64,000 nt of DNA, from the NCBI GenBank assembly GCA_965217115.1, contig OZ244239.1, forward strand, positions 2,080,001 through 2,144,000, given 5' to 3'. The translations under genes and the position numbers were made by a program. The stretch's first letter is position 1, and each line of letters begins with the position of its first letter. Source of the stretch: Bdellovibrionales bacterium. Its GTDB lineage: Bacteria; Bdellovibrionota; Bdellovibrionia; Bdellovibrionales; CAYMLA01. Below are positions 10,905 to 21,370 of the stretch, in pieces. The notes beneath the pieces were generated by a model. The model made no database searches. It was given only the letters and a program-made list of their open reading frames with translations, and was not told where the DNA came from.

Positions 10905-11844
10905 GATGGGTCGTGATAGAGGAGCATCTTCTATAAATGGTTTAATACTTGTTGATAAGCCTGTAGGTATCACTAGCCATGATGTGGTGAGTAAGGTTCG
11001 TCGTATTTTAGGAACTCGCAGAGTGGGGCATAGCGGAACTCTAGACCCCTTGGCTTCGGGATTAATGGTGTTGCTTATTGGAGATGGCACTAAGCTGAGT
11101 CGCTATGTTTTAGAAGAAAACAAAAGCTATGAACTGTGTTTTGAGTTAGGTAAAACAACGGATACACTCGATATTACAGGGGAGGTTCTTTCAGAAGAGC
11201 CAGTTGATATTAGTCTTGAGAAGTTACAAGAAGCTGTGAATGATTTTGAGGGTGTGTTTAATTGGTCTGTTCCCCGTTATTCGGCAGTTAAGATTGCCGG
11301 TAAGAAACTCTATGAATACGCAAGAGAGGGGGTTGAAGTGGAGCGCCCTGTTAAGAAGATGAAATTTTGGGATGTAAAATCCCTTGAACTAGGTTCAAAG
11401 CATGGACGAATCTCTCTGTCTTGTTCTAAAGGGAGTTACATCCGCTCTTGGGTGGATGAATTAGGGAAACACTTGGGCTGCGGGGCTGTTTTGACGGAAT
11501 TACGTCGAATGTCATCCCAACCCTACGAAGTCTCTCAATCCGTGACTTTGAAGGCCTTGCAAGGTGAGATGGATGAGAGGGGCTGCGTGGAGCATTTAGA
11601 GTCTTTTATTCCCATGCAAGGCACATTGCCACATTGGAAGGCCTGCTCTGTTTCTGGACGTAATGAGGCACTTCTGTGCAATGGACAAATATCAACTGAT
11701 CTGAAAGGACGCCTGGGAAGTTTTGTTGGTTTAGAAGGGGACCTCTCAGGGGTGAAAGTCTTGAGTGGAGAGAATCAGAAGCTCTTGGCACTGGTTCATT
11801 TTATTCCAGGAAGCGGATTTCAAATAGGACGGGTCTTTAATTAA
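10897..11844 (+). CDS. truB: tRNA pseudouridine(55) synthase
   Basis: DKPVGITSHDVV, GHSGTLDPLASG, CSKGSYIRS. Confidence 0.97.
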   Translation: MNKMGRDRGASSINGLILVDKPVGITSHDVVSKVRRILGTRRVGHSGTLDPLASGLMVLLIGDGTKLSRYVLEENKSYELCFELGKTTDTLDITGEVLSEEPVDISLEKLQEAVNDFEGVFNWSVPRYSAVKIAGKKLYEYAREGVEVERPVKKMKFWDVKSLELGSKHGRISLSCSKGSYIRSWVDELGKHLGCGAVLTELRRMSSQPYEVSQSVTLKALQGEMDERGCVEHLESFIPMQGTLPHWKACSVSGRNEALLCNGQISTDLKGRLGSFVGLEGDLSGVKVLSGENQKLLALVHFIPGSGFQIGRVFN

Positions 11845-11856
11845 TTGAGTAACTTA

Positions 11857-11886
11857 TTGACCCTCCGTGTGTTTTTACGGTACAAA
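11857..11886 (+). promoter_or_regulatory. putative sigma70 promoter of rpsO
   Basis: TTGACC-N18-TACAAA, about 165 nt upstream of rpsO; the long leader could hold an S15 autoregulatory structure (not verified). Confidence 0.4.
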
Positions 11887-12050
11887 TTGCCGTTCATAAC
11901 AGAATATCTCTTTTTAGCGACAGCCATGACGCTTTAAGGGGGGTCTGGGTGTTGGTGACTGACAGAATATTGATGGATTCAATTCTTTGATGAAATCACC
12001 TTTTTCAAAAGATCTGGCATTTTTAACCTTTAAAACTCTTTGGAGGGAAA

Positions 12051-12320
12051 ATGGCATTGCACAAAGAAGTCGTAGGACAAGTTCTTAAAAAATTTCGTCG
12101 AAATGAATTGGACACAGGCAGCACTGAAATTCAAGTGGCCTTGTTGACGACGAGAATATTACAACTCACTGAACATTTTAAAATTCATAAAAAAGACAAC
12201 CACGGTCGCTTAGGACTTGTGAAGATGGTGAGCAAACGTCGTAAATTGTTAAAATACCTAAAAAGCAATGACCTAGCTAAGTACAACGAAACGATTAAAG
12301 AGCTGGGACTTAGAAAATAA
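12051..12320 (+). CDS. rpsO: 30S ribosomal protein S15
   Basis: DTGSTEIQVALLT, HKKDNHGRLGL, LGLRK. Confidence 0.98.
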   Translation: MALHKEVVGQVLKKFRRNELDTGSTEIQVALLTTRILQLTEHFKIHKKDNHGRLGLVKMVSKRRKLLKYLKSNDLAKYNETIKELGLRK

Positions 12321-12353
12321 TTAAATCTGATAGATTAATCTTAAGGAGATAAA

Positions 12354-14465
12354 ATGACGCCAATAACTGTGACCACCACGTTAGGTGGAAAAGATGTAAC
12401 TATTGAAACGGGTCGAATTGCTAAGCAAGCAGACGGTTCAGCTCTTGTAACCTGCGGAAGCAATATTGTTCTTGTGACAGCGGTGTCATCAAGATCAGAG
12501 AGCAAGATGGATTTCTTTCCATTAACTTGTGAGTTTTTAGAAAAATCCTACGCGGCAGGAAGATTCCCTGGTGGTTTCTTTAAACGAGAAGCTAAGCCGA
12601 ATGTTGATGCAACTCTAAGTGCGCGTTCAATGGATCGCCCTATTCGCCCGATGTTTCCCGAAGGATATCGTCGGGACACACAAGTGGTTGCGACTATTTT
12701 GAGCAGTGATGGAACTTATTCCATGGATTCCTTAGCCTCTATTGGAGCTTCGGCAGCTTTGCATATTTCTGCAATTCCCTTTAATGGGCCGACAGCGACT
12801 GTTGTTGTTGGGCGTGTAGAGGGAGAGCTTGTTATTAACCCAAGTCCAAGTGAATTAGAAAAATCTGATTTAGAAATTGTGGTGGCGGGGACTCGCAAGG
12901 GTCTTTTAATGGTTGAAGGTGAAGCGGAGTTTGTCGCTGAAGCGGATATCTTAGAGGCATTGAAATTTGCCCATAAAATGATTTTACCACTTATTGATCT
13001 TCAGGATGAATTACTTAAGAAAGTAGGGGCTAAAGAGAAGAGAGAGTTCATTGCCTTTACAGTTGATTCAGATTTTAAAAAACAAGCAGAAGAGTTTTGC
13101 GCACCAAAAGTTAAAGAGGCTCTAGGTATTCGTAATAAACTAGAGCGCTATGCCGCTGTGGATGCCTTGAAAGTAGAGGCAACAGAAAAATTTATTGCAA
13201 GTATTGGAGAAAAAGACCTAAAGGAACTGCGTAAAAAAGAATTGGGAATTATCATTGGTGACTTGAAGTACGACATCTCTCGTAGCACGCTCTTGGATAC
13301 AGGAGTGAGAATTGATGGTCGTGATTCTAAGAAAATTCGTCCGATCTTTTGTGAAGTGGCTCTATTACCGAGAGCCCATGGTTCGGGTTTATTCACTCGT
13401 GGAGAGACCCAAGTTCTAGGAACTGTGACTCTGGGAACTAAGGATGACGAACAGAGCATTGATGCTCTCAATGGAATGTATAAAAAGAATTTTCTCTTAC
13501 ATTACAACTTCCCTCCTTACTGTGTGGGTGAAGCTGGTCGTCTTGGATTTACAAGTCGACGTGAATTAGGTCATGGTTCTTTGGCTGAAAAGGCTTTGAG
13601 ACCAATACTGCCTTCTGCTGAAAAATGGCCTTACACGATTCGGGTGGTAGGGGATGTCATGGAATCTAACGGTTCTAGCTCCATGGGAACTGTCTGTGCT
13701 GGAACGATGGCGTTGCTAGATGCCGGTGTGCCTATTAAAAGCAATGTAGCCGGTATTGCCATGGGTTTGATTACCGATAATAAACGAGTGGCGATTTTAT
13801 CAGATATCTTAGGTGATGAGGATCATTTGGGAGATATGGATTTTAAAGTGACAGGAACACGTGAAGGAATCACGGCCTTGCAAATGGATATTAAAATAGA
13901 CAGTATCTCTTTTGATATTATGCAAGAGGCTATGATGCAGGCTAAAGAAGGTCGAAATCATATTCTAGATGAAATGGAGAAAGCGATTCAACAGCCTCGT
14001 GAAGAGATTTCTGAGTACGCTCCCCGTATTATTTCTATTAAAGTAAAACCAGACAAGGTCAGAGAGGTGATCGGTGCTGGTGGTAAAGTTATCCGAGGTA
14101 TTGTTGAAGAGACGGGTGTTAAAATTGACATTGAAGATGATGGAACAATTAACATCGCATCGACAGATCCTGAAGCCAGTAAGGCGGCGATTAAAATGAT
14201 TGAAGACATTGTCTCTGAAGCGGAATTGGGTAAGACCTATAAGGGAAAAGTTGTTAAAATTGTTGATTTTGGTGCCTTCGTTGAAGTGTTGCCAGGCTCC
14301 CAAGGATTGCTACATATTTCTGAAATTAGCCATGAGAGAATTCGTTCGGTGGATGAGGTTCTCAAAGAGGGTGATGAAGTGGATGTGAAGGTTCTTGATG
14401 TGGATAGATCTGGACGTATAAAACTTTCCCGCAAGGCTCTGCTGTCAAATGAGCAACAACACTGA
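12354..14465 (+). CDS. pnp: polyribonucleotide nucleotidyltransferase (PNPase)
   Basis: ETGRIAKQADG, DFFPLT, FTRGETQ, ESNGSSSM, DHLGDMDFKV; KH and S1 domains. Confidence 0.99.
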   Translation: MTPITVTTTLGGKDVTIETGRIAKQADGSALVTCGSNIVLVTAVSSRSESKMDFFPLTCEFLEKSYAAGRFPGGFFKREAKPNVDATLSARSMDRPIRPMFPEGYRRDTQVVATILSSDGTYSMDSLASIGASAALHISAIPFNGPTATVVVGRVEGELVINPSPSELEKSDLEIVVAGTRKGLLMVEGEAEFVAEADILEALKFAHKMILPLIDLQDELLKKVGAKEKREFIAFTVDSDFKKQAEEFCAPKVKEALGIRNKLERYAAVDALKVEATEKFIASIGEKDLKELRKKELGIIIGDLKYDISRSTLLDTGVRIDGRDSKKIRPIFCEVALLPRAHGSGLFTRGETQVLGTVTLGTKDDEQSIDALNGMYKKNFLLHYNFPPYCVGEAGRLGFTSRRELGHGSLAEKALRPILPSAEKWPYTIRVVGDVMESNGSSSMGTVCAGTMALLDAGVPIKSNVAGIAMGLITDNKRVAILSDILGDEDHLGDMDFKVTGTREGITALQMDIKIDSISFDIMQEAMMQAKEGRNHILDEMEKAIQQPREEISEYAPRIISIKVKPDKVREVIGAGGKVIRGIVEETGVKIDIEDDGTINIASTDPEASKAAIKMIEDIVSEAELGKTYKGKVVKIVDFGAFVEVLPGSQGLLHISEISHERIRSVDEVLKEGDEVDVKVLDVDRSGRIKLSRKALLSNEQQH

Positions 14466-14510
14466 GGTTGAATTTTGCAAAAGGCTCTTCTTTGAAATCG
14501 ATGGAGGGCC

Positions 14511-15773
14511 ATGGCAGTCTTTAACAAAACAATTCTAAGTAATGGCATTCGTGTTTTGACGGAGAGCCATAAAAACTCCTTGGCACTTTGTTGTGGTATT
14601 TTTGTCGACGTGGGCTCTAGAGATGAACCAGAGCCATGGGCAGGGATAACCCATTTCCTAGAACATTTAGTTTTTAAAGGGACGCAAAAGAGAGATGCCT
14701 ATGAATTGGCGCGTGTGATGGAGTCTGTGGGGGGAGAGCTGAATGCCTATACGTCACGGGATAACACTTGCTTTCACACGCTGAGTTTAGCAAAACATTG
14801 GGAATTGAGTTTAGATGTGTTGTCGGACCTAGTGTCTAGGGCGACCTTTCCAGAGAGTGAATTTGAACGGGAGAAGCAAGTCGTTCTCCATGAAATAGCC
14901 ATGGGCCCTGATAATTTGGAAGAGTTTATCTTTGATCGCTTTTCTCAAGAGATATATGGAGAGCATGGTTTAGCTAGGCCGATCACAGGTTTTAAGGAGA
15001 CGGTAAAGAATCTTAATATTGAGGATGTGAAGAGTTTTTACAATCAACGCTATTGTGGTAAGAACTTAGTTGTTAGTGCAACAGGAAATGTAAATCATAG
15101 GGACTTTGTTGCAAAAGTTCAAGAGCTGCTAGGTCATATTCCGGAAACAGATATTAAAAGCGTTCGTGAAAAGGCAGTTTTTAAAATATCTCGTTTTGTC
15201 GAGACAAAATCATCGGAGCAAGCCCACTTACTGATGGGAATCCCATCGACGAGTTTTAAAGACAGTTTGCGTTTTGAATCCTATGTGATGAATACATTTC
15301 TTGGGGGAGGGATGACCTCCTGTCTTTATCAAAGTGTGCGAGAAAAACGAGGGTTGGCTTATTCGATTTACTCTTACTTGCAGACGTCGATAGACTCGGG
15401 ACTCTTATGTGTCTATGCAGGGACTGAAGAGAAAATGATAGAAGAAGTGTTCAGAGTCTGTGTGGAAGAAATGACTAAAATCAAAGAGCGAGGAGTTTCT
15501 GATAAAGAGTTAATTCTGTATAAGACCCAGGTTCTGGGGAGTGTTTTATTGGGTTCTGAGGATATGGAGAATCGTATGAATTCAATTGCAGTGAATGAAA
15601 TGATTTTTGATCAATACAAGTCTGTTCAAGATATTATGAAAGAGATAGAGGGAGTGTCCGTTGCAACAATGCAAGAGTATTTGGATCATCATTTTGATTT
15701 AGATGCTATTTCTGTAGCTATGATGGGTAACGTAAAAGAAGAGAGATTATCTTCTAATTGGAAGGAGTTATAA
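14511..15773 (+). CDS. M16-family (pitrilysin-like) zinc peptidase
   Basis: HFLEH (HxxEH) motif, GGELNAYT, VREKRGLAYSIYS. Confidence 0.95.
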   Translation: MAVFNKTILSNGIRVLTESHKNSLALCCGIFVDVGSRDEPEPWAGITHFLEHLVFKGTQKRDAYELARVMESVGGELNAYTSRDNTCFHTLSLAKHWELSLDVLSDLVSRATFPESEFEREKQVVLHEIAMGPDNLEEFIFDRFSQEIYGEHGLARPITGFKETVKNLNIEDVKSFYNQRYCGKNLVVSATGNVNHRDFVAKVQELLGHIPETDIKSVREKAVFKISRFVETKSSEQAHLLMGIPSTSFKDSLRFESYVMNTFLGGGMTSCLYQSVREKRGLAYSIYSYLQTSIDSGLLCVYAGTEEKMIEEVFRVCVEEMTKIKERGVSDKELILYKTQVLGSVLLGSEDMENRMNSIAVNEMIFDQYKSVQDIMKEIEGVSVATMQEYLDHHFDLDAISVAMMGNVKEERLSSNWKEL

Positions 15774-15774
15774 A

Positions 15775-16233
15775 ATGTCAGTTTTAGAGAAAATAGTTTT
15801 GCAAATTAAGAAATTAGAAAATTTTAGAGGAGAGCTGCCTTCCTATCAGACTCAAGGGGCGAGTGGTTTTGATGTAAAGGCTCAGCTAGACGATGAGATA
15901 CGACTGTCACCTGGACAAAGGGTTTTAGTGCCAACGGGATTGTCTTTGTCCATTCCCCAGGGCTATGAAATACAGGTGAGACCCAGAAGTGGTTGGGCAG
16001 CTAAGAAAGGGTTGTCTGTTTTAAATACTCCTGGAACTATTGATGCTGATTATCGAGGGGAAATTAAAGTTATTTTAATAAATCTTGGTGAGACCGACGT
16101 GAGTATAAAAAATCAAGATCGCATAGCGCAGTTTGTTCTCTGCCCTGTTTTTCAGGCTGAATTTGAGATCGTTGATAAATTAGATGAAACCTCTCGCAGT
16201 GCTGGTGGATTTGGTAGCACAGGTAAAAGTTAA
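15775..16233 (+). CDS. dut: dUTP diphosphatase
   Basis: SGFDV, RPRSG, GTIDADYRGEIKV, RIAQ, RSAGGFGSTG. Confidence 0.98.
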   Translation: MSVLEKIVLQIKKLENFRGELPSYQTQGASGFDVKAQLDDEIRLSPGQRVLVPTGLSLSIPQGYEIQVRPRSGWAAKKGLSVLNTPGTIDADYRGEIKVILINLGETDVSIKNQDRIAQFVLCPVFQAEFEIVDKLDETSRSAGGFGSTGKS

Positions 16234-16248
16234 AACTGATTATTTTGG

Positions 16249-16953
16249 GTGGATATGAAAAAATTAATTATTATACCGACTTATAATGAATTAGAGAATA
16301 TTCAGAAGATTATTCCAGAGATTTTAGATAAAAATCCTGGAGTTGATATTTTGGTGGTGGACGATAGCTCTCCAGATGGAACAGGTCGAGTGGTTGAGTC
16401 TTTAAGTCGTGAAAATAAAAAAATAAACCTTCTCAGCCGTAAAGAAAAAAAGGGTTTGGGAAAAGCCTATTTAGCAGGGTTTCAATGGGGATTGGATGAA
16501 GGCTATGATGTCTTAGTGGAGATGGATGCCGATTTTTCCCATCGCCCAGAGGATTTAGTTAATTTATTAAAAGAGTGTGGAAAAAATGATTTTGTGGTTG
16601 GATCTCGTTATGTTCCTCAGGGGCAGACAGTTAATTGGAGTTTAGGAAGGATTTTTATTAGCCGCTTTGGCAGCCTATATGCTCGTTGTATTTTAGGTTA
16701 TAAATTAAAAGATTGGACGGGGGGGTTTAATGCCTGGAAGCGAGGGACTCTTGAGAAAATGGGTTTAGAGAATATCCAATCTAATGGTTATAGTTTTCAG
16801 ATTGAGCTTAAGTACCGTGCCTTGAGGGATGGCTTTGAAGGTATTGAAGTGCCAATTGTTTTTGAAGACCGTCAGGTGGGACAGAGTAAGATGTCTTTAA
16901 AAATCGTGATAGAAGCTTTTTTTAGAGTGTGGCAATTCCGTTGGAAAAAATAG
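16249..16953 (+). CDS. polyprenol monophosphomannose synthase-like GT2 glycosyltransferase
   Basis: IIPTYNE, VDDSSPDGT, EMDADFSH, GYSFQIE, GQSKMS. Confidence 0.92.
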   Translation: MDMKKLIIIPTYNELENIQKIIPEILDKNPGVDILVVDDSSPDGTGRVVESLSRENKKINLLSRKEKKGLGKAYLAGFQWGLDEGYDVLVEMDADFSHRPEDLVNLLKECGKNDFVVGSRYVPQGQTVNWSLGRIFISRFGSLYARCILGYKLKDWTGGFNAWKRGTLEKMGLENIQSNGYSFQIELKYRALRDGFEGIEVPIVFEDRQVGQSKMSLKIVIEAFFRVWQFRWKK

Positions 16954-16986
16954 GTTGAAATATTTCCCCCATGTATCGGTTTTTTT

Positions 16987-18330
16987 TTATCCTTTTAAGG
17001 GGTGGCTAATAATACGAAGCTGTGTAAATTGGCGATGTCCCTCTTTAGAGCCATGGAAACCGTAACCGCTTTGCTTAGCACCAACCCAAGGACACCCTTT
17101 GGCCCCCGAAGGACTGCGATTGAGGCCGACCATTCCTGAGTTGAGGCTTCTAGCTATTTTTTGAGAACGATCAAGGTCTTTGCTGAAAATCACTCCACCA
17201 AGAGCATAGTTTCCGAGATTGGCTAATTTTACGGCCTCACTGTCTGATTTGACACGCACGACACAGGCAACAGGGCCAAATGTCTCTTCTCTCATGATGT
17301 TCATCTCAGGGGTGAGGTTTTCTAAAATGATGGGAGAAAAATAGTTACTGCTGTCTTGGCAGAGTTCGCCATAGATAATTTTAGCTCCATCACTGAGGGC
17401 ATCTTTGACCTGTTGAAGGACGTGATCTTTTTGTCTTCGATGGATCATATGTCCTATCTGAATATCTGCCGTGTGTCTCTTTAACTTTTCAATAAAATCA
17501 TCTGCAACAGTATCCCTAACGTAGATCTTCTCTGTGCTAACACAAACTTGTCCTGCATTACGAAAAGAGCTGGTGGCAGCGAATTGAGCAGCGGCTTCCA
17601 GATCAGCGTCTTCTGCCACGATAAGAGGGTCCTTCCCACCAAGCTCTAAGATGACTCTCTTTAAATCACAGCTAGCAGTTCCAAGAATTTTCTTACCAGT
17701 GGCTTGAGAACCAGTGAAGGTTATCAATTGCACGTCGGATTCAACGAGTTGCTGCCCCTGTTGTCCAGTGCCAATAATCACTTGTAGGACATTCTCAGGA
17801 AGGGCTTGATTGAGCAATTCGGCATATTTGAGACCTATAAGGGTCACCTCTTCAGAGGGTTTAAAGAGGACAGTGTTTCCAGCTAGCAGGCTAGGTATTA
17901 TAAGGGTGTGTGGCATACCTAAGGGGAAATTCCATGGTGTAATACTTGCGCAGACTCCTAAGGGGTCATGGTAAATATGGGTTTTGGTGGCCGTGTCTGT
18001 ACGAATTTCAGAGGACAGGGCGTCTTTGACCTCTTGATATAGAGGCTCAAGATTTCCGCAATAGTGCTGGATCTCTCTCTCAGCTTCGAGCGGAGTTTTT
18101 CCCATTTCATCGTGAATGAGCTGAGCCATGTCCTCTCTGTTGCTAAAAATAAGGTCATAGCCTTTTTTGATGTGATTCATTCGTTCATCAATGGTGAGTT
18201 GTCTCCATGATTCCTGTGCCCTGTGGGCTTGGGAAACCTTGCTCTTAATATCTTGCTGAGATGTGATTGGAAGCTCTTTAATAAGTTTACCAGTTGTAGG
18301 ATTAAAGGACTCAAGTGTGGTTTTTTCCAT
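16987..18330 (-). CDS. aldehyde dehydrogenase family protein
   Basis: ITPWNFP, FTGS, LELGGKDP, catalytic Cys in GQVC, EETFGP. Confidence 0.95.
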   Translation of the reverse strand: MEKTTLESFNPTTGKLIKELPITSQQDIKSKVSQAHRAQESWRQLTIDERMNHIKKGYDLIFSNREDMAQLIHDEMGKTPLEAEREIQHYCGNLEPLYQEVKDALSSEIRTDTATKTHIYHDPLGVCASITPWNFPLGMPHTLIIPSLLAGNTVLFKPSEEVTLIGLKYAELLNQALPENVLQVIIGTGQQGQQLVESDVQLITFTGSQATGKKILGTASCDLKRVILELGGKDPLIVAEDADLEAAAQFAATSSFRNAGQVCVSTEKIYVRDTVADDFIEKLKRHTADIQIGHMIHRRQKDHVLQQVKDALSDGAKIIYGELCQDSSNYFSPIILENLTPEMNIMREETFGPVACVVRVKSDSEAVKLANLGNYALGGVIFSKDLDRSQKIARSLNSGMVGLNRSPSGAKGCPWVGAKQSGYGFHGSKEGHRQFTQLRIISHPLKG

Positions 18331-18541
18331 AAGAGTAAACTCTCCTTGGTGATTTTCATGGGTTATATTAGATGGAAGAGATGAGAGGAGAGCTTAATTT
18401 GTTTCTCACCTTGGGGCAAGTGATATATCTCCCTAGAGAGACTTCCTAGAGATCAGACTTTTGTCTATTTTTTTTTTAAAATAAAAAAATTATTTATAAA
18501 TACGTTACAATTTTAGAGTTAGATATCCCTTATACTGTGGA

Positions 18542-19684
18542 GTGGAATTGATGATGATTCGTAGCGTTTTTATCCTTTTATTTCTTATAGTCGGCTGCCA
18601 AACTTCTCCCCTAAAAGAGCAGGCAAAAAAAGTGAGACAGCCAAGTTCAAGCAGCATAATGAAGGGGCCTGTCACTTTGGTTTATCATCGTTTTGGACCG
18701 CCAAATTCATCAACGAGTACCCATTCTGAACTTTTTAAAAAACAAATGGGCTATTTAGCAGCCCAGGGCTTTGATTTTTTAGATGCCGAGAGCGCCATCG
18801 AAGATTTAAAAAACTCAAAAAAAGAGGGAGAACATAGTTTCTATTCAAATAGGGCAGTTATCATAACCTTCGATGACCCCCATAAATCTATATTTACAGT
18901 GGGGGCAGCTCTTTTTAGAGAGTATGATATCCCTGTCATGTTATTTATTAATACGGACGATGTCGGGAAGAAAAAAAGCATGAGTTGGGAGCAAATTAAT
19001 CAGCTTCTCAATGATCCTTCGCTGCGTGTAAAAATAGGGTGTCACTCCTACAAGCATGCGAACATGCCTTCAACAATGACTCCACTTGAAATGAAAAATG
19101 ATTTACAGATATGTATGGAAACAATTAAAGAAAAAACAGGGAAGTCTCCCAAACTATTTGCCTATCCTTATGGTGAATATTCTGAGGAGCTTATCAATGT
19201 GGTGAAAGACTTGGGGTTTAAAGCTGCATTTGCTCAATACTCTGGTGTTGTCTATGAAGGGTCTAACTTCTTTGCCTTACCCCGCTTCCCAATGAATGAT
19301 TTCTATGGAAAAATTAAGGAAGGAGGAACTGATTTTCGTTTGAAAGTGAACACTCTTCCACTGCCTATTGAAATTGTTAATCAAGAAAATATGATGCGTG
19401 GATCGAAGATACCAGCAAGGATTGAATTTACATTAGACCCCGGATTGCGGGCAAGTGATCTTAGGTGTTTTTCGAATGTTGAAATAGTAGAGACCCGAGA
19501 GGAGTTAAGTAAGCATAATAAAGCTATGTGGCGTGACAAATCCCGCTTCATTCTTCAATGGAATAAGCCCTTTTCTTCCCGCCGTGAATATATTAACTGC
19601 ACTTTATTGGGAATTAGAGGAAAACCAATTCGATATTATTGGCATTCTTTTAAGCTAGGTGATCCGAATCTTCCTGAGAGATAA
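18542..19684 (+). CDS. polysaccharide deacetylase (CE4) lipoprotein
   Basis: Lipobox IVGC; LVYHRF, ITFDD, HSYKH, FAYPYG, LPRF. Confidence 0.88.
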   Translation: MELMMIRSVFILLFLIVGCQTSPLKEQAKKVRQPSSSSIMKGPVTLVYHRFGPPNSSTSTHSELFKKQMGYLAAQGFDFLDAESAIEDLKNSKKEGEHSFYSNRAVIITFDDPHKSIFTVGAALFREYDIPVMLFINTDDVGKKKSMSWEQINQLLNDPSLRVKIGCHSYKHANMPSTMTPLEMKNDLQICMETIKEKTGKSPKLFAYPYGEYSEELINVVKDLGFKAAFAQYSGVVYEGSNFFALPRFPMNDFYGKIKEGGTDFRLKVNTLPLPIEIVNQENMMRGSKIPARIEFTLDPGLRASDLRCFSNVEIVETREELSKHNKAMWRDKSRFILQWNKPFSSRREYINCTLLGIRGKPIRYYWHSFKLGDPNLPER

Positions 19685-19729
19685 GATGTCTAGAGAGAGC
19701 CATCTTTCATGGCTCAAATATCTGCAGGC

Positions 19730-20296
19730 CTAGTGTTTTCTATACCAAGGCGTTTTCCTTAGAATAAATGTTAAGATGAGGGCCAACAGTATTCCTAGGG
19801 TGGCACCTCCTAAAACATCCAAAGGAAAATGAACCCCAACATATGTTCTGCTGTAGGCAATGGTCATTGCGAGGAAGTAGGTTGGCCACATGACAGGATA
19901 GGCAAGAGTGAGATAGGTGGCTGCAGCAAAATTATTGGCGGCGTGATTTGAAGTGAAGCTCCAGCCAGCATGGGGCCGTGTTTTTAAGTGAACATTGAGA
20001 TCTTGATGGTGGCGGGGTCTAAGCCGTTGCACGTTGGCTTTGATAAGACGATGGGAGATAAGATCCGTTGCTCCTACAACGAGAATAAGAGCGAAGAAAT
20101 GTTTAAGGGCCTTCTTCCGTGAAAGAAAGAACCAAGTTATAAGAATTGAAGGAACCAGAATAAACTTAAACCACCAGATCCTGTGTAAATCAGTTATTCC
20201 TGGCATGAGCATATCTAAAAGAGAAGAGGTCCATTGGTTGTGAATTAAATCAAAGAGGGTTTTGTCTAAAGCGATGATTTCTTGCAACATATCCAA
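19730..20296 (-). CDS. PAP2-family membrane phosphatase
   Basis: KANVQRLRP, SFTSNHA, SRTYVGVHFPLDV. Confidence 0.92.
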   Translation of the reverse strand: MDMLQEIIALDKTLFDLIHNQWTSSLLDMLMPGITDLHRIWWFKFILVPSILITWFFLSRKKALKHFFALILVVGATDLISHRLIKANVQRLRPRHHQDLNVHLKTRPHAGWSFTSNHAANNFAAATYLTLAYPVMWPTYFLAMTIAYSRTYVGVHFPLDVLGGATLGILLALILTFILRKTPWYRKH

Positions 20297-20310
20297 GCTC
20301 CGTTAAAGGA

Positions 20311-21348
20311 CTACTTTAACGCCTGTGCCAGATCATTGGCAACTTCTTTAGGGGAGATGCTGACCAGGCATTCCTGGTAAGAGTTCCTATTCGTGCAGGG
20401 TCCTTGACCGTGTTTACTACAAGGGCGGCAGGAGAGTTCCCTCTCTTTGATAACAGTGGTTGCGCGACCGGGGTAACCAAAAGGAGCTGGGCCCATGAGG
20501 GCAATACACTTCATGCCCAATTGTTCGGCAATGTGCATAAGCCCAGTGTCGTTAGACACCAAGGCTTTGCAGAGAGATACAGCGGCAGAGCTCTCCTCAA
20601 AAGAGAGTCGTCCAGCTAGATTCATGGTTCTTTCAGGTGCGATGTTAGCGATCTCTTGGATGAAATGATCCTCTGGTCCACCGAATAGAAGAAACTGCCA
20701 TTGGGGATTATTTAGAATCAATTTCTGCCAGTGTTGCAGGGGCCATCGTTTTAATTCGTAGGAGGACGAAGGAGCTAGAGCAATAAGTGGACGTTGATTA
20801 TTAGAGGGGGGTCCAATTCTCTCTTCGGTTCGGAGTAAAAGTTCTACGGAAAAAAACACTTGTGGGCATGGAGGAAGACGAGTTGGAATTCCCCAGCGCA
20901 CCAAAGGTTCGATGAGGGCTATTTGTCCAGGAAATGGTTTTGGGTAACGATTGATTCGGAGATAAAAAAGAAGAAAGCGTTTCCAGCGATAGCCTGAACG
21001 ACGTAAAAAGTGATAGGGGCGAAAGAACCAGAGCATCCCTCCCAGGCCCCAGTGAATCATGCGTGAGCGCAGATTATTATGGGCATCATAGACGTGGGTA
21101 AACCGTTCTTTTCTGAGAGCTTTTATAAGCTGTATTAATCCTGGAAGACCCGATAGCCGATCGAGACTCCAAACTTTATTTATGCACGGGTGGCTCTGTA
21201 GAAGTGTTGAGTACTCCTTGCGTGTGACAAAGTGAACAGTGGCCTGGGGAAACTGAGTCTTAATCACGGAGGGAATACTAAGAGATTGAACCACATCCCC
21301 GAAGCTTGAAAATCGAATGACTAAAAATTTCTCCTGTTCTTTTGCCAT
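20311..21348 (-). CDS. glycosyltransferase family 9 (LPS heptosyltransferase-like)
   Basis: IRFSSFGDVV, KRWP, SNDTGLMHIA, C-terminal CRPCSKHG. Confidence 0.92.
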   Translation of the reverse strand: MAKEQEKFLVIRFSSFGDVVQSLSIPSVIKTQFPQATVHFVTRKEYSTLLQSHPCINKVWSLDRLSGLPGLIQLIKALRKERFTHVYDAHNNLRSRMIHWGLGGMLWFFRPYHFLRRSGYRWKRFLLFYLRINRYPKPFPGQIALIEPLVRWGIPTRLPPCPQVFFSVELLLRTEERIGPPSNNQRPLIALAPSSSYELKRWPLQHWQKLILNNPQWQFLLFGGPEDHFIQEIANIAPERTMNLAGRLSFEESSAAVSLCKALVSNDTGLMHIAEQLGMKCIALMGPAPFGYPGRATTVIKERELSCRPCSKHGQGPCTNRNSYQECLVSISPKEVANDLAQALK

Positions 21349-21370
21349 AGGTCTCTAGTGATAACATCCC